Source: an uncultured Chloroflexia bacterium (GTDB taxonomy: Bacteria; Chloroflexota; Dehalococcoidia; DSTF01; WHTK01). From it: 64,000 nucleotides of DNA. The translations under genes were made by a program, and so were the position numbers. Positions 8,823 to 19,456 of this stretch are shown here, piece by piece. Numbering within the stretch: the first letter of the stretch is position 1; every line of letters starts with the position of its first letter. The stretch is taken from contig CAVYJE010000001.1 of assembly GCA_963768705.1 (NCBI GenBank), forward strand, positions 65,122 through 129,121, given 5' to 3'. The notes beneath the pieces were generated by a model that ran no database searches, was not told where the DNA came from, and saw nothing but the letters and a program-made list of their open reading frames with translations.

Positions 8823-10186
8823 GTGTCTGAGGCCACGGCCCCCCGCCGCAACCGCTTCCTCCTCGCCCAGTGGGCCCAGCTACTGGACGACGATTCGTTT
8901 CGCCGCTACTGGTTCATGCGCCTGGCTAGCCACGGCGCCACGAACGCCCTGAGCTACGCGATGCTGGTGCTGGTCGTGCGCCAGTCGGATAGCGCCATCG
9001 CCACGGGTGTGTTTCTCCTCACGATCATCGGCCCGGCCGCCATGCTGGGCGCGATCGCCGGCGTCGCCGTCGACCGCCTGCCGCGGGGCCTCATGCTCTT
9101 CGCCTGCAACCTGCTGCGCGCCGTGCTCGTCTTCGCCCTCATCGGCGCCAAGACCAGTCTGCCGGGCATCTACCTCGTGGCCCTGGGCTTCGGCACCGTC
9201 AACCAGTTCGCCGCGCCGGCGGAGAGCGCCGTGCTGCCGTACATCATCCGTGACCGCAGCTACATCGCCGCGAACTCCTTCATCAACCTCGGCACGCTGC
9301 TCAGCCAGGTCGTCGGCATGCTGATCCTGGCGCCGATCCTGCTCAAGACGACGAACGGCGACTCGCTGCTGTTCATCCTGCTTGTGCTCTACGTGGTCTC
9401 CGCTGTGCTGGTGACGATCATCCCGCAGTTCCACTTCGCCTCGACCGAAGGCTCACAGGACCTCTCGATGCGGGCGATCCGGCGCGAGTTCGCCACAGAG
9501 CTGGCTGCATCTCTGCCGCGACACGACCGCCTTCCTGGCCCTGATTTTGCTTGTCATAACGACTATCTCGACGCTGATCATCGCCACCATGCTGCCGAAG
9601 TTCGCCATCCAGGTGCTGCATCTGCAGGCGGAGAACATCGTCTTCGTCCTGGCGCCCGTGGGCATCGCGATCTTCGTCGGGCCTGCGCAGTGTCGAGTAC
9701 CTCTCGGACCGCTTCAACAAGCTCATGACGATCAGCGCAGCCTACGTGGTCATGGCCGTGTCGCTGATCGCCCTCGGCTTCGTGCCCGCGACGGGCGACC
9801 TGCTGCAGAGCATCGATCCCGTCGGCGTGTTTGCGGGTGACATGCTGGGCGAGAAGGGCGCCCGTATCGCCGCGACGATCATCTTCGGCAACGCCTACGG
9901 CTTCGCGTTGACGGTCGTGATGACCATGGGCCGCGCCCTGATCAACGAGCGCATCCCGGTCGCCATGCAGGGCCGGGTATTCGCCGCCCAGTCGATCCTC
10001 TCGAACCTCGTGGCCATCGTGCCGGTCGTGCTCGCGAGCCTCGTCGCCGATGCGATCGGCGTGGCGCCGGTGCTGATCTGCGCGGGTGTGGCAGCGCTGC
10101 TCGCGGCGGCCTGGTCGAAGGCCCGTAGCAGCCGCGTCGTGGCGTCGTCAGACCAGCCGATGGCCGGCTTTGGCAGCGCCGGTTAG
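8823..10186 (+). pseudogene. MFS transporter (MFS_3/EntS-like), two apparent frameshifts
   Basis: The TM-rich sequence continues across three frames: 8823-~9490, ~9496-9681 and ~9683-10186. The second junction lies at the run cggg (9679-9682). Confidence 0.7.
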
Positions 10187-10209
10187 ATTCGGCGGAGGCT
10201 CTCGTTACG

Positions 10210-10239
10210 TTGACACTCGAATCTGCCGACTCTTAGACT
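10210..10239 (+). promoter_or_regulatory. sigma-70-like promoter candidate
   Basis: TTGACA (10210-10215), an 18-nt spacer, then TAGACT (10234-10239), about 35 nt upstream of the nuclease gene. Confidence 0.35.
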
Positions 10240-10274
10240 GAAGTGTACCTACTGACCTTCAGGAGGGCGGCGTC

Positions 10275-10823
10275 ATGATTGAAATGAATGTTGAGTTCGT
10301 GCGTGTCAGCATGCAGAACTACAACCGTGTCGTCATTCTCAAGGAGAAGGAATCCGAACGTTACCTCCTGATCTGGATCGGGCCGTCCGAGGCCGAAGCC
10401 ATTGCCATGCGCCTCGGTGACGTGCAGCCGCCGCGACCGCAGACGCACGACCTACTTCGCAGCGTGATCGACCAGCTGGAAGCCCAGGTGTCGTACGTCG
10501 TAGTCAACGACCTCAACAACGACACCTTCTACGCCCGCATCGTGCTCGAGCACAACGGCCACACCGTCGAGGTGGACTCGCGGACCAGCGACGCCATTGC
10601 CCTCGCCGTACGCGCCCAGGTGCCGATCTACGCCGACGAGTCCGTGCTCGACCGCGCGGGCATCTTCATCGACCGCGAGCAGGACGAAGTCGTCACGCCC
10701 GCCGCCGCCGGCGGCAGCGAGTCCACGTCACGGGTCAACGAGGACGAGATCGAGAAGATGTCGGCCTTCAAGGACTTCATCGAGGGCCTGGACCTGGACG
10801 ACTTCGACAAGCGCAAGCAGTAG
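10275..10823 (+). CDS. bifunctional nuclease (BFN/DUF151) family protein
   Basis: VVILKEKESERYLLIWIGPSEAEAIA...PRPQTHDLL...DTFYARIVLE...VDSRTSDAIALAVRAQVPIY. SD aggagg at 10261-10266. Confidence 0.8.
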   Translation: MIEMNVEFVRVSMQNYNRVVILKEKESERYLLIWIGPSEAEAIAMRLGDVQPPRPQTHDLLRSVIDQLEAQVSYVVVNDLNNDTFYARIVLEHNGHTVEVDSRTSDAIALAVRAQVPIYADESVLDRAGIFIDREQDEVVTPAAAGGSESTSRVNEDEIEKMSAFKDFIEGLDLDDFDKRKQ

Positions 10824-10862
10824 AAGCCCAGCAAGCGCACCTCCAACCCCTTCGTTCTTCCC

Positions 10863-10893
10863 AGTAGGGTCACTCTTCCTAGTAGGGTCACTC
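10863..10893 (+). repeat. tandem direct repeat (agtagggtcactc x2, 18-bp period)
   Basis: Copies at 10863-10875 and 10881-10893. Confidence 0.8.
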
Positions 10894-10896
10894 CGT

Positions 10897-10926
10897 CACG
10901 GCATGCTGAGCCTGTCGAAGGACGTC
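10897..10926 (+). repeat. dispersed intergenic repeat, copy 1
   Basis: cacggcatgctgagcctgtcgaaggacgtc. It shares acggcatgctgagcctgtcgaag with 11037-11065. Confidence 0.85.
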
Positions 10927-11036
10927 CCCACCCGTAAGCTGTCGGGCACCTCGTTGTGTTGGCTACATATCGTCACGGCTCGTAGGGGCGGTTCGTACTT
11001 GGTCTGGTGGCTCCTGTCTGAGTCAGGGCCTCATTT

Positions 11037-11065
11037 ACGGCATGCTGAGCCTGTCGAAGTACGTC
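11037..11065 (+). repeat. dispersed intergenic repeat, copy 2
   Basis: acggcatgctgagcctgtcgaagtacgtc. Confidence 0.85.
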
Positions 11066-11511
11066 GTCCACCCGGGAGCAGCGAGGAACTCCGTGGTGAT
11101 GCCTGGCGGTGTCACAGCTCGCACCAACCCGGGCGCATGCAGTGGCTCGCTCGCTGCGATGCGCACGTCCTTCGACCCTTCGACCGGGCTCAGGGGAGCC
11201 AAGCTCATGATGCCGTTGAGCCGTGCACGGCATCCGTGGCGGTTCGTGGTCCTGGTGACGTTCTCGTGATGACCTGCACTCTCGAGAAGGTGGAGCCGCT
11301 CTGCTGGACGCGGACTCCTGCGCAATATGTGACATAAGACAAATCTGAACCTACTGAGGGTACGCTGAAGCCTTACTGAAGGTGGCCTGACCTGTTACCC
11401 TCAACCAACGGTTACAGAATTGTTGAAATTCGAAGGACTAGAGCCTTTTTCCATACTGATCGCTGTGATATTGTTCCGAGCGTCACGAATGGGAAGGCGC
11501 TCATAACGCCC

Positions 11512-11742
11512 ATGGGCGGGCTCCCTCCCAGTGGCAGGCTTGTTGGCATCGGTTTCTACATCGGAGTGACCATCGTCCTGTTTACGGTCGGTGGCGTTCA
11601 GGTAGACAAGATGCTCGATACCGGCAAGCTGTTTACGGTGGCAGGACTGGCCATCGGTCTGACTTTGGCGTTATACGGCGCGTATCAACAGTTGATGGAA
11701 GTCCTGGACGCCATCGACCGGAGACGCAAGGCGGGGAAATAG
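11512..11742 (+). CDS. atpZ: AtpZ/AtpI-family small membrane protein at the head of the ATP synthase operon
   Basis: 76 aa with two TM helices (GIGFYIGVTIVLFTVGG, FTVAGLAIGLTLALYGAY). It lies immediately upstream of atpB. Confidence 0.6.
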   Translation: MGGLPPSGRLVGIGFYIGVTIVLFTVGGVQVDKMLDTGKLFTVAGLAIGLTLALYGAYQQLMEVLDAIDRRRKAGK

Positions 11743-11746
11743 GGTT

Positions 11747-12835
11747 TTGAAACTGCCACTGATTCTGGGAGGAGTTGTCGCGACCGTTGCGCTCGTGGCT
11801 TTCTCGCTTCTGGTCCTTCAGCCCACCAAGCCGATCGTCGTCATTCACGGCGAGGCCCTCGCAACCGTGGGCCCGGTTAACATCCTCAACACGCTGCTGA
11901 CCTCGTGGGTCGTGATGATCCTGCTGCTGACCATGTGCTTCCTGGCCGTGCGCAAGATGTCGCTGATCCCGACCGGCTTCTACAACTTCTTCGAGGCGGT
12001 CATCGAGGGCATCTACAGCTTCGTCGTCGGCATCGCCGGCGAGAAGAACGGCCGGATGTTCTTCCCCCTCATCGCAACCTTCTTTATCTATATCGCCTTC
12101 GCGAACTGGCTGAGCCTGACACCGGTCTTCAACTCGGTCGGCATCTTCGTCGAGCCCCATGCGGAAGAGAGCAAGTTCCACGCAGAAGGCAAGGTCTTCA
12201 AGGACAGCGGCATCTCATTGATCATGCCCGGCTCCGACCTGGTTGAGATCGATGGCGCTGCTTGTGCCGAAGGCGCAGCCGGGGACGAGTGCCGCCACGA
12301 GGCGATCCTGACGGCCCAGGAAGAGAACCTCGGTGACGGCGAGAAGCTCGGCGTCCTGTTCCCGTACCTGCGCGGTATCAACACGGACCTGATGACGACG
12401 CTCTCGTTCGCCATCATGTCGGCGATCTTCGTCGAGTACTGGGGTATCCGGTCCCAGGGCCTCTTCCGCTACATGAGCCGTTTCTTCACGCTGAAGAGCC
12501 CCATTGCGTTCTTCGTCGGCCTGCTGGAGTTCATCGCGGAGCTCGCAAGACTGGTCAGTTTCTCCGCCCGTCTATTCGGAAACATGCTGGCCGGCGAGAT
12601 CCTGCTGTTCGTCATGACCTTCCTCGTCGGTGCGGCGGCGCCCATTCTGGTCGTCTTCTACGGTCTCGAGGTATTTGTTGGCGCCATCCAGGCGTTCGTG
12701 TTCGGTGCTCTGACCCTCGTGTTCGCCATGCTGGCGGTTACGAGCCATGAGGACCACGATCACAACGAGGAGCACGCCGCGCACGAGCACTCAACGCTCA
12801 TCAATGAGGAACAAGCGCATAACGCGCAAGCTTAG
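11747..12835 (+). CDS. atpB: F0F1 ATP synthase subunit a (unusually long, 362 aa)
   Basis: SARLFGNMLAGE carries the conserved Arg. TTG start. It has a large loop insertion and a His-rich tail (see findings). Confidence 0.85.
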   Translation: MKLPLILGGVVATVALVAFSLLVLQPTKPIVVIHGEALATVGPVNILNTLLTSWVVMILLLTMCFLAVRKMSLIPTGFYNFFEAVIEGIYSFVVGIAGEKNGRMFFPLIATFFIYIAFANWLSLTPVFNSVGIFVEPHAEESKFHAEGKVFKDSGISLIMPGSDLVEIDGAACAEGAAGDECRHEAILTAQEENLGDGEKLGVLFPYLRGINTDLMTTLSFAIMSAIFVEYWGIRSQGLFRYMSRFFTLKSPIAFFVGLLEFIAELARLVSFSARLFGNMLAGEILLFVMTFLVGAAAPILVVFYGLEVFVGAIQAFVFGALTLVFAMLAVTSHEDHDHNEEHAAHEHSTLINEEQAHNAQA

Positions 12836-12890
12836 TTAGTTAACGGTCAATTGCCCAAACTCGGGCTGAAGACAAGAGGAGGAAACAAGT

Positions 12891-13136
12891 ATGCCCCTGC
12901 TGGAGATCAGCGACGAAGCACTCCGGTTCGTAGGCGCAGCCCTTGCCATCGGTATCGGTGGTCTTGGCCCGGGTCTGGCCATCGGTAACCTGGTCGGTAA
13001 GGCCATGGAAGCCCTCGGTCGCAACCCGGAGGCACAACCTGCGATTCAGACCAACATGATTCTTGGTGTCGCATTCGCCGAGGCCATCGCGATTTACGCC
13101 TTCGTGGTCGCGGTTATGGTCGGCTTCGTCTTCTAG
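12891..13136 (+). CDS. atpE: F0F1 ATP synthase subunit c
   Basis: 81 aa hairpin with the GLGPGLAIGNLVG glycine motif and AFAEAIAIY carrying the carboxylate. Confidence 0.9.
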   Translation: MPLLEISDEALRFVGAALAIGIGGLGPGLAIGNLVGKAMEALGRNPEAQPAIQTNMILGVAFAEAIAIYAFVVAVMVGFVF

Positions 13137-13181
13137 GCAAAGCCCGATAGGCATCTGCGAGAGTAGCGAGAGGAGGTAAGC

Positions 13182-13706
13182 ATGGTCATCCTGGGTATTA
13201 CAGACCTTGGCATTGACGTGCCGGTTCTGATCATTCAGACCATTAACTTCGCGTTCCTCTTGTTCTTGCTCAAGGCGTTTGTTTACAAGCCCATCCTCAA
13301 GATGCTGGATGAGCGGCGTGAACGCATTCGCGAAGGCCTCAACGCCGCAGACCGCGGTCGCGAGCAGGCAGCCGAAGCGGAGCGCCAGGCAGCGGAGCAG
13401 ATCGAGGCGGCGCGCCGGGAGGGTCAGACGATCATCCAGAACGCGCAGCAGATTGCTCAACGTTTGCAGGAAGACGGACGGCAGCAGGCTCAGCAGCAGG
13501 CGGAAACCCTGCTGGAGCGTGCCCGCAGCGAGATTCAGCTGGAGCGCGACAACGCCATCGCCGAACTTCGCAAGGAGTTCGCCGACCTGACGATCAGCGC
13601 CGCCGAGAAGGTCATCGGTCAGTCACTCGACCGTAACGCTCACCAGCGGTTGATCGAGCAGGCACTGGCGGAGTCGTCATTCCGCGAGACCGGCCGGCAG
13701 AACTAG
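13182..13706 (+). CDS. atpF: F0F1 ATP synthase subunit b
   Basis: N-terminal TM helix, then a long charged helix (ERRERIREGLNAADRGREQAAEAERQAAEQ), in the operon position expected for b. Confidence 0.85.
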   Translation: MVILGITDLGIDVPVLIIQTINFAFLLFLLKAFVYKPILKMLDERRERIREGLNAADRGREQAAEAERQAAEQIEAARREGQTIIQNAQQIAQRLQEDGRQQAQQQAETLLERARSEIQLERDNAIAELRKEFADLTISAAEKVIGQSLDRNAHQRLIEQALAESSFRETGRQN

Positions 13707-13721
13707 GGCAAAGAGGAAAGC

Positions 13722-14306
13722 GTGACGAGCGAACAGAACGCAAGCGCAGACAAGTTCCAGGCCATCGCCTCGGGCGAGATGCTGGCTGCGAAGCGCTACG
13801 CTCTGGCCGCCTTCGAAATCGCCAGGGAACACGGTGACATCGACGCATGGCGTGACGCCATTGCGCAGATCGCCGAGTTCATGAGCGACCCGGAGGTCCG
13901 GCGGGTGCTGGAGAACACGCGTGTCAGTCAGGAGCCTAAACAGCGCCTGATCGGTGCGGCTCTGAGCGACCTGCCGGCGCTGCCTCTGAACCTCGCGCGA
14001 CTGTTGGTTCGCAAGCACCGCACGGCGCTGGCGTCCGACATTGCCCTGGCGTTTAGCGAGATGATCGAAGAAGAACGCGGCATCACACACGCCCACGCCC
14101 GGACTGCGGTGCCGCTTAACGAAGCGGAGACTGCAGACCTGGCGCGGCGCCTGCAAGAGCAGACCGGCCACGAGGTCATCCTGGATGTAGAGGTCGACCC
14201 AAGCCTGCTCGGCGGCGTCGTCGTCCAGATCGGCGACCGGCTCATAGACGCGAGCACGCGCGCAAAGCTCCAGGCGATGCGCGCGAGTCTAGTCGGGGCG
14301 TTTTAG
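13722..14306 (+). CDS. atpH: F0F1 ATP synthase subunit delta
   Basis: AAKRYALAAFEIA...LLGGVVVQIGDRLIDASTRAKL is typical of OSCP/delta. GTG start. Confidence 0.85.
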   Translation: MTSEQNASADKFQAIASGEMLAAKRYALAAFEIAREHGDIDAWRDAIAQIAEFMSDPEVRRVLENTRVSQEPKQRLIGAALSDLPALPLNLARLLVRKHRTALASDIALAFSEMIEEERGITHAHARTAVPLNEAETADLARRLQEQTGHEVILDVEVDPSLLGGVVVQIGDRLIDASTRAKLQAMRASLVGAF

Positions 14307-14400
14307 CTCGGACATTTCAGCCTGTCTTTGAGGCAGGGACCCTGTTTCGGCAGGCGGGCCCGCGTGGGCGGGCAGCAACCATATTGAGCGGAGGACGCCC

Positions 14401-15912
14401 ATGGCGGTTCGACCAGAAGAGATCACAGCAATCCTCAAGGAGCAGATCGAACAGTTCGGCTCCGAGACCAGCGCCGTCAACGTCGGCACCGTCATCGAAG
14501 CCGGTGACGGTATCGCGCGCGCCCATGGCCTATCCGACTGCATGTACAGCGAGCTGGTCGAGTTCGAGAACGGCGCCAGCGGCCTCGCCATGAACCTGGA
14601 AGAAGAGACCGTCGGTATCCTCGTCCTCGGCGACTACACCAACATCTCAGAGGGCATGCAGATCAAGACCACCGGCCGCGTCGCCGATGTCCCGGTCGGC
14701 AACGCCCTCCTCGGTCGTGTCGTGGACGCGCTCGGCAACCCGATCGATGGCAAAGGCCCGATTAACACGGACCGCCGCCGCCCCATCGAGCGCATCGCCC
14801 CCAACGTCGTGACCCGAAAGGGCGTGAACGTGCCGGTGCAGACCGGTATCAAGGCGATCGACTCGATGATTCCCGTCGGCCGTGGCCAGCGCGAGCTGAT
14901 CATCGGTGACCGCTCCACCGGTAAGTCGACGATCGCCATCGACACGATCATCAACCAGAAGGGTGGCGACCTGGTCTGCATCTACGTCGCCATCGGCCAG
15001 AAGGACTCGAAGGTGGCCCAGACCGTCGGTCTCCTGGAGCGCTACGGCGCCATGGAGCACACGATCGTGGTCAACGCCGGCGCCTCCGCTCCCGCGCCGA
15101 TGCAGTACCTGGCGCCGTACGCCGGTTGTGCCATGGGCGAGGAGTTCATGGAGTCCGGCAAGGACGCCCTCATCGTCTATGACGACCTTTCCAAGCACGC
15201 CTGGGCGTACCGCCAGGTTTCCCTCCTCCTTCGCCGCCCTCCCGGCCGTGAGGCCTACCCGGGCGACGTCTTCTACCTGCACAGCCGCCTGCTGGAGCGC
15301 TCCGCTCGCGTCGAAGAGGCGTACGGTGGTGGCTCGCTCACGGCGCTGCCGATCATCGAGACGCAGGCCAACGACATTTCGGCCTACATTCCGACGAACG
15401 TGATTTCGATCACGGACGGTCAGATCTTCCTTGAGGCTGACCTCTTCAACGCCGGTATCCGTCCTGCCATTAACGTCGGCCTTTCGGTGTCCCGTGTCGG
15501 TGGTTCGGCCCAGCGCCGCGCCATCCGCCAGGTCGCCGGTTCCCTGAAGCTGGAGCTGGCGCAGTTCCGAGAGCTGCAGGCCTTCGCCCAGTTCGGTACC
15601 AGCGACCTCGACGCCGGTACGGTGCGACAGCTCGAACGTGGTCAGCGCATCACAGAGGTACTGAAGCAGCCCCAGTACTCGCCGGTGATCTTCCACAACC
15701 AGGTGCTGATCTTCTTCGCGGCCTCGAGGGGCCTCCTGGACGACGTGCCGGTGGACAAGATCCGCGCTTTCGAGACGGCCCTGTACGACTTCATGGACAC
15801 CAACCGCCCCGACATCGTGGTCGAGATCAACGAGAAGATGATCCTCTCAGGCGAGCTGGAAGAGAAGATGACCACGGCTATCCGCGAGTTCAAGCAGGCT
15901 GTGCCGCTGTGA
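14401..15912 (+). CDS. atpA: F0F1 ATP synthase subunit alpha
   Basis: [10 protein letters not shown]-loop; 503 aa. Confidence 0.95.
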   Translation: MAVRPEEITAILKEQIEQFGSETSAVNVGTVIEAGDGIARAHGLSDCMYSELVEFENGASGLAMNLEEETVGILVLGDYTNISEGMQIKTTGRVADVPVGNALLGRVVDALGNPIDGKGPINTDRRRPIERIAPNVVTRKGVNVPVQTGIKAIDSMIPVGRGQRELIIGDRSTGKSTIAIDTIINQKGGDLVCIYVAIGQKDSKVAQTVGLLERYGAMEHTIVVNAGASAPAPMQYLAPYAGCAMGEEFMESGKDALIVYDDLSKHAWAYRQVSLLLRRPPGREAYPGDVFYLHSRLLERSARVEEAYGGGSLTALPIIETQANDISAYIPTNVISITDGQIFLEADLFNAGIRPAINVGLSVSRVGGSAQRRAIRQVAGSLKLELAQFRELQAFAQFGTSDLDAGTVRQLERGQRITEVLKQPQYSPVIFHNQVLIFFAASRGLLDDVPVDKIRAFETALYDFMDTNRPDIVVEINEKMILSGELEEKMTTAIREFKQAVPL

Positions 15913-15936
15913 GGATCGCCTGAGGCGAGGAATTAG

Positions 15937-16806
15937 ATGCCTACCCTACGACAGATCAACCGCCGCATCCGCTCCGTCCAGTCGACGGCGAAGACGACGC
16001 GCGCCATGTCCCTGGTCGCGGGCTCGAAGATGCGCCGTGCCCAGCAGATGGCCCTGGCTCACCGCCCCTACGCGGAGCAGCTGGACTATCTGCTGAGCGA
16101 CGTCGTCCAGGGCATTCGCGGTGCCACCGAAGAGGGGGCGTTGCATCCCTTGCTGGAACGTCGCGAGGTCAAGACTCACGGCCTCGTAATGCTGACGCCG
16201 GACCGCGGTCTCTGCGGTGGTCTGCCGACCAACCTGCTGCGCCGCGCCGGCGTCTTCCTGGGCGAGCACCCGGACACGAAGATCATCGCGGTGGGCCGCA
16301 AGGGTGTCGATTTCTTCCGGCGCTCCCAGAACCTCATCGGCGAGTTCGTGCGCCTGGGCGACTACCCCTCCTACGAGGACGCGCTGCCGATCTCACGTGT
16401 CGTCATGGACGCCTACATCAACCACGAGGTCGATAGCGTCACGATCATCTACCCGCACTTCATCAACACGGTGGTCCAGCGGCCGGAAGCACTACAGCTC
16501 CTGCCGGTGACTCTGCCCGAATCGGCAGAATCGGCGAACGTCGAGTACATCTACGAGCCGGACGCCCAGTCCGTGCTGACCACGCTGATGCCGCGCTACG
16601 TCGAAGTCGAGGTCTACCGCGCCGTCCTCGAGATGGCCGCGAGTGAGCAGTCGGCCCGCATGGTCGCGATGCGTAACGCGACCGACGCCGCCCAGGAGCT
16701 CATCGAGGAGCTGACCCTGCTGCGCAACAAGGTGCGCCAGGAGCAGATCACGAAGGAGCTGCTGGACATCACCGGCGGCGTCGAAGCCATGTCGGCGGCA
16801 GGCTAG
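15937..16806 (+). CDS. atpG: F0F1 ATP synthase subunit gamma
   Basis: N-terminus reads LRQINRRIRSVQSTAKTTRAM and C-terminus reads NKVRQEQITKELLDI. Confidence 0.9.
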   Translation: MPTLRQINRRIRSVQSTAKTTRAMSLVAGSKMRRAQQMALAHRPYAEQLDYLLSDVVQGIRGATEEGALHPLLERREVKTHGLVMLTPDRGLCGGLPTNLLRRAGVFLGEHPDTKIIAVGRKGVDFFRRSQNLIGEFVRLGDYPSYEDALPISRVVMDAYINHEVDSVTIIYPHFINTVVQRPEALQLLPVTLPESAESANVEYIYEPDAQSVLTTLMPRYVEVEVYRAVLEMAASEQSARMVAMRNATDAAQELIEELTLLRNKVRQEQITKELLDITGGVEAMSAAG

Positions 16807-16903
16807 GAACGAAACATGACGAGCGAGCCACAGTCGACTATCTTGTTCCTAAGTCCCTGGTTCTTTCGCCCCTCGGGCGAGGATCGGGTTTAGGAGGATC
16901 CCA

Positions 16904-17311
16904 ATGCGCTCTTGGCCTAACAGTGATTTTGAGAACCTGTTCGAGTGGGGCAAGGTCGAAGGCATGACCAACCTGCTCAACACGACTGTTTCAGAGATGG
17001 ACCTGGGTCGCGACCAGGAATGGATTATCGAGGTGATCAAGGAGGCGGCCGAGCTGCTGCCGGAATCGATCATCGAAGGGCAGCACAGCGATTACCTGGC
17101 CGAGTACATCCTCGGTCTCAGCGCTGCCCGCAACGCCCTCGTCGTGGCGAGTTACTGCTTCCGATTCCTCAAGGGCCAGGGCCTGATCCCGGCCGAGAAG
17201 GCCGACTTCGTGGACGGCCGTTTGGAGGAGCTGGAAGAGGAGCTCGGCTCGGTGACAGACACGCTGCGCGCGTCGCTCGCCAGCGGGCAGGGGCAGCACT
17301 CCAACAACTGA
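16904..17311 (+). CDS. hypothetical protein inserted between atpG and atpD
   Basis: 135-aa ORF with a strong SD (aggagg, 16891-16896, a 7-nt spacer before ATG 16904). No family recognised. The 5' half has lower GC. Confidence 0.55.
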   Translation: MRSWPNSDFENLFEWGKVEGMTNLLNTTVSEMDLGRDQEWIIEVIKEAAELLPESIIEGQHSDYLAEYILGLSAARNALVVASYCFRFLKGQGLIPAEKADFVDGRLEELEEELGSVTDTLRASLASGQGQHSNN

Positions 17312-17322
17312 TAGCCCCTCGT

Positions 17323-17358
17323 CCCCCTCTCCGCCAGCGGGGAGGGATGGGGAGGGGT
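17323..17358 (+). repeat. GC-rich palindromic element, family A
   Basis: ccccctctccgccagcggggagggatggggaggggt. It lies between the inserted ORF and atpD. Confidence 0.9.
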
Positions 17359-17378
17359 CAACAACACGGGAGGACTAA

Positions 17379-18797
<1,419 letters not shown>

Positions 18798-18815
18798 GCC
18801 ACATCGTGAAAGAAG

Positions 18816-18878
18816 CAGGGGTAGCGGGGGCGAAGCCCATGCGCGGGGGGCATGGGGGGTGTCCCCCCAGCTACCCTG
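18816..18878 (+). other. nested GC-rich hairpin element in the atpD-atpC spacer
   Basis: Outer arms are caggggtagcggggg (18816-18830) and ccccccagctaccctg (18863-18878), an imperfect pairing. The inner stem is cccatgc (18836-18842) with gcatggg (18850-18856). Confidence 0.6.
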
Positions 18879-18942
18879 TTAACGTCCCGCGGAGCAGCGC
18901 GAGAGCGATGCGAAGCGTTCCCCCAGTACGGGAGTACAGCTA

Positions 18943-19383
18943 ATGCCTCTCACCCTCCAGATCATCACGCCAGAGCGCATCGTCTTCGAGGAGGACGGTG
19001 TCGATTCGCTGACGGTGCCCGGCGCCGATGGCGAGCTCACGATCCTTCCCGAGCACGCTGCCCTGATGACGGCGCTGAAGCCGGGGCCGGTCGTCTTCCA
19101 CCGCGGCGGGGACGAGATCGACCTCGCGCTATCGGGTGGCTTCATGGAAGTGCGTGACGACAAGGTGATCGTGCTCGCGGACACCGCTGAGCGTTCCGAT
19201 GAGATCGACCAGGCGCGTGCCGAAGAGGCCCGCCAGCGTGCTCAGAACCTCATCGCCAGCCACGAGACCACGGTGGACTTCGCGCGGGCCTTTGCGGCCC
19301 TCGAGCGCGCCCAGGCCCGCCTGCGCGTCAGCGAGCGTCGGCGCCGGCGTCCCCGCTCGACACCGCCGTCTGTCCAGCAGTAG
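18943..19383 (+). CDS. atpC: F0F1 ATP synthase subunit epsilon
   Basis: LQIITPERIVFEEDGVDSLTVPGADGELTILPEHAALMTALKPG. Confidence 0.9.
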   Translation: MPLTLQIITPERIVFEEDGVDSLTVPGADGELTILPEHAALMTALKPGPVVFHRGGDEIDLALSGGFMEVRDDKVIVLADTAERSDEIDQARAEEARQRAQNLIASHETTVDFARAFAALERAQARLRVSERRRRRPRSTPPSVQQ

Positions 19384-19408
19384 TCCGGGAAAGATTACCG
19401 GAGATAAA

Positions 19409-19441
19409 GAAGAAGGCCCGCTATCACAGCGGGCCTTCTTC
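19409..19441. terminator. bidirectional rho-independent terminator
   Basis: 14-bp perfect stem gaagaaggcccgct/agcgggccttcttc with loop atcac, and T-rich flanks on both strands. It lies between the convergent atpC and methyltransferase genes. Confidence 0.8.
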
Positions 19442-19456
19442 GCGTTCCTGCGTGGT

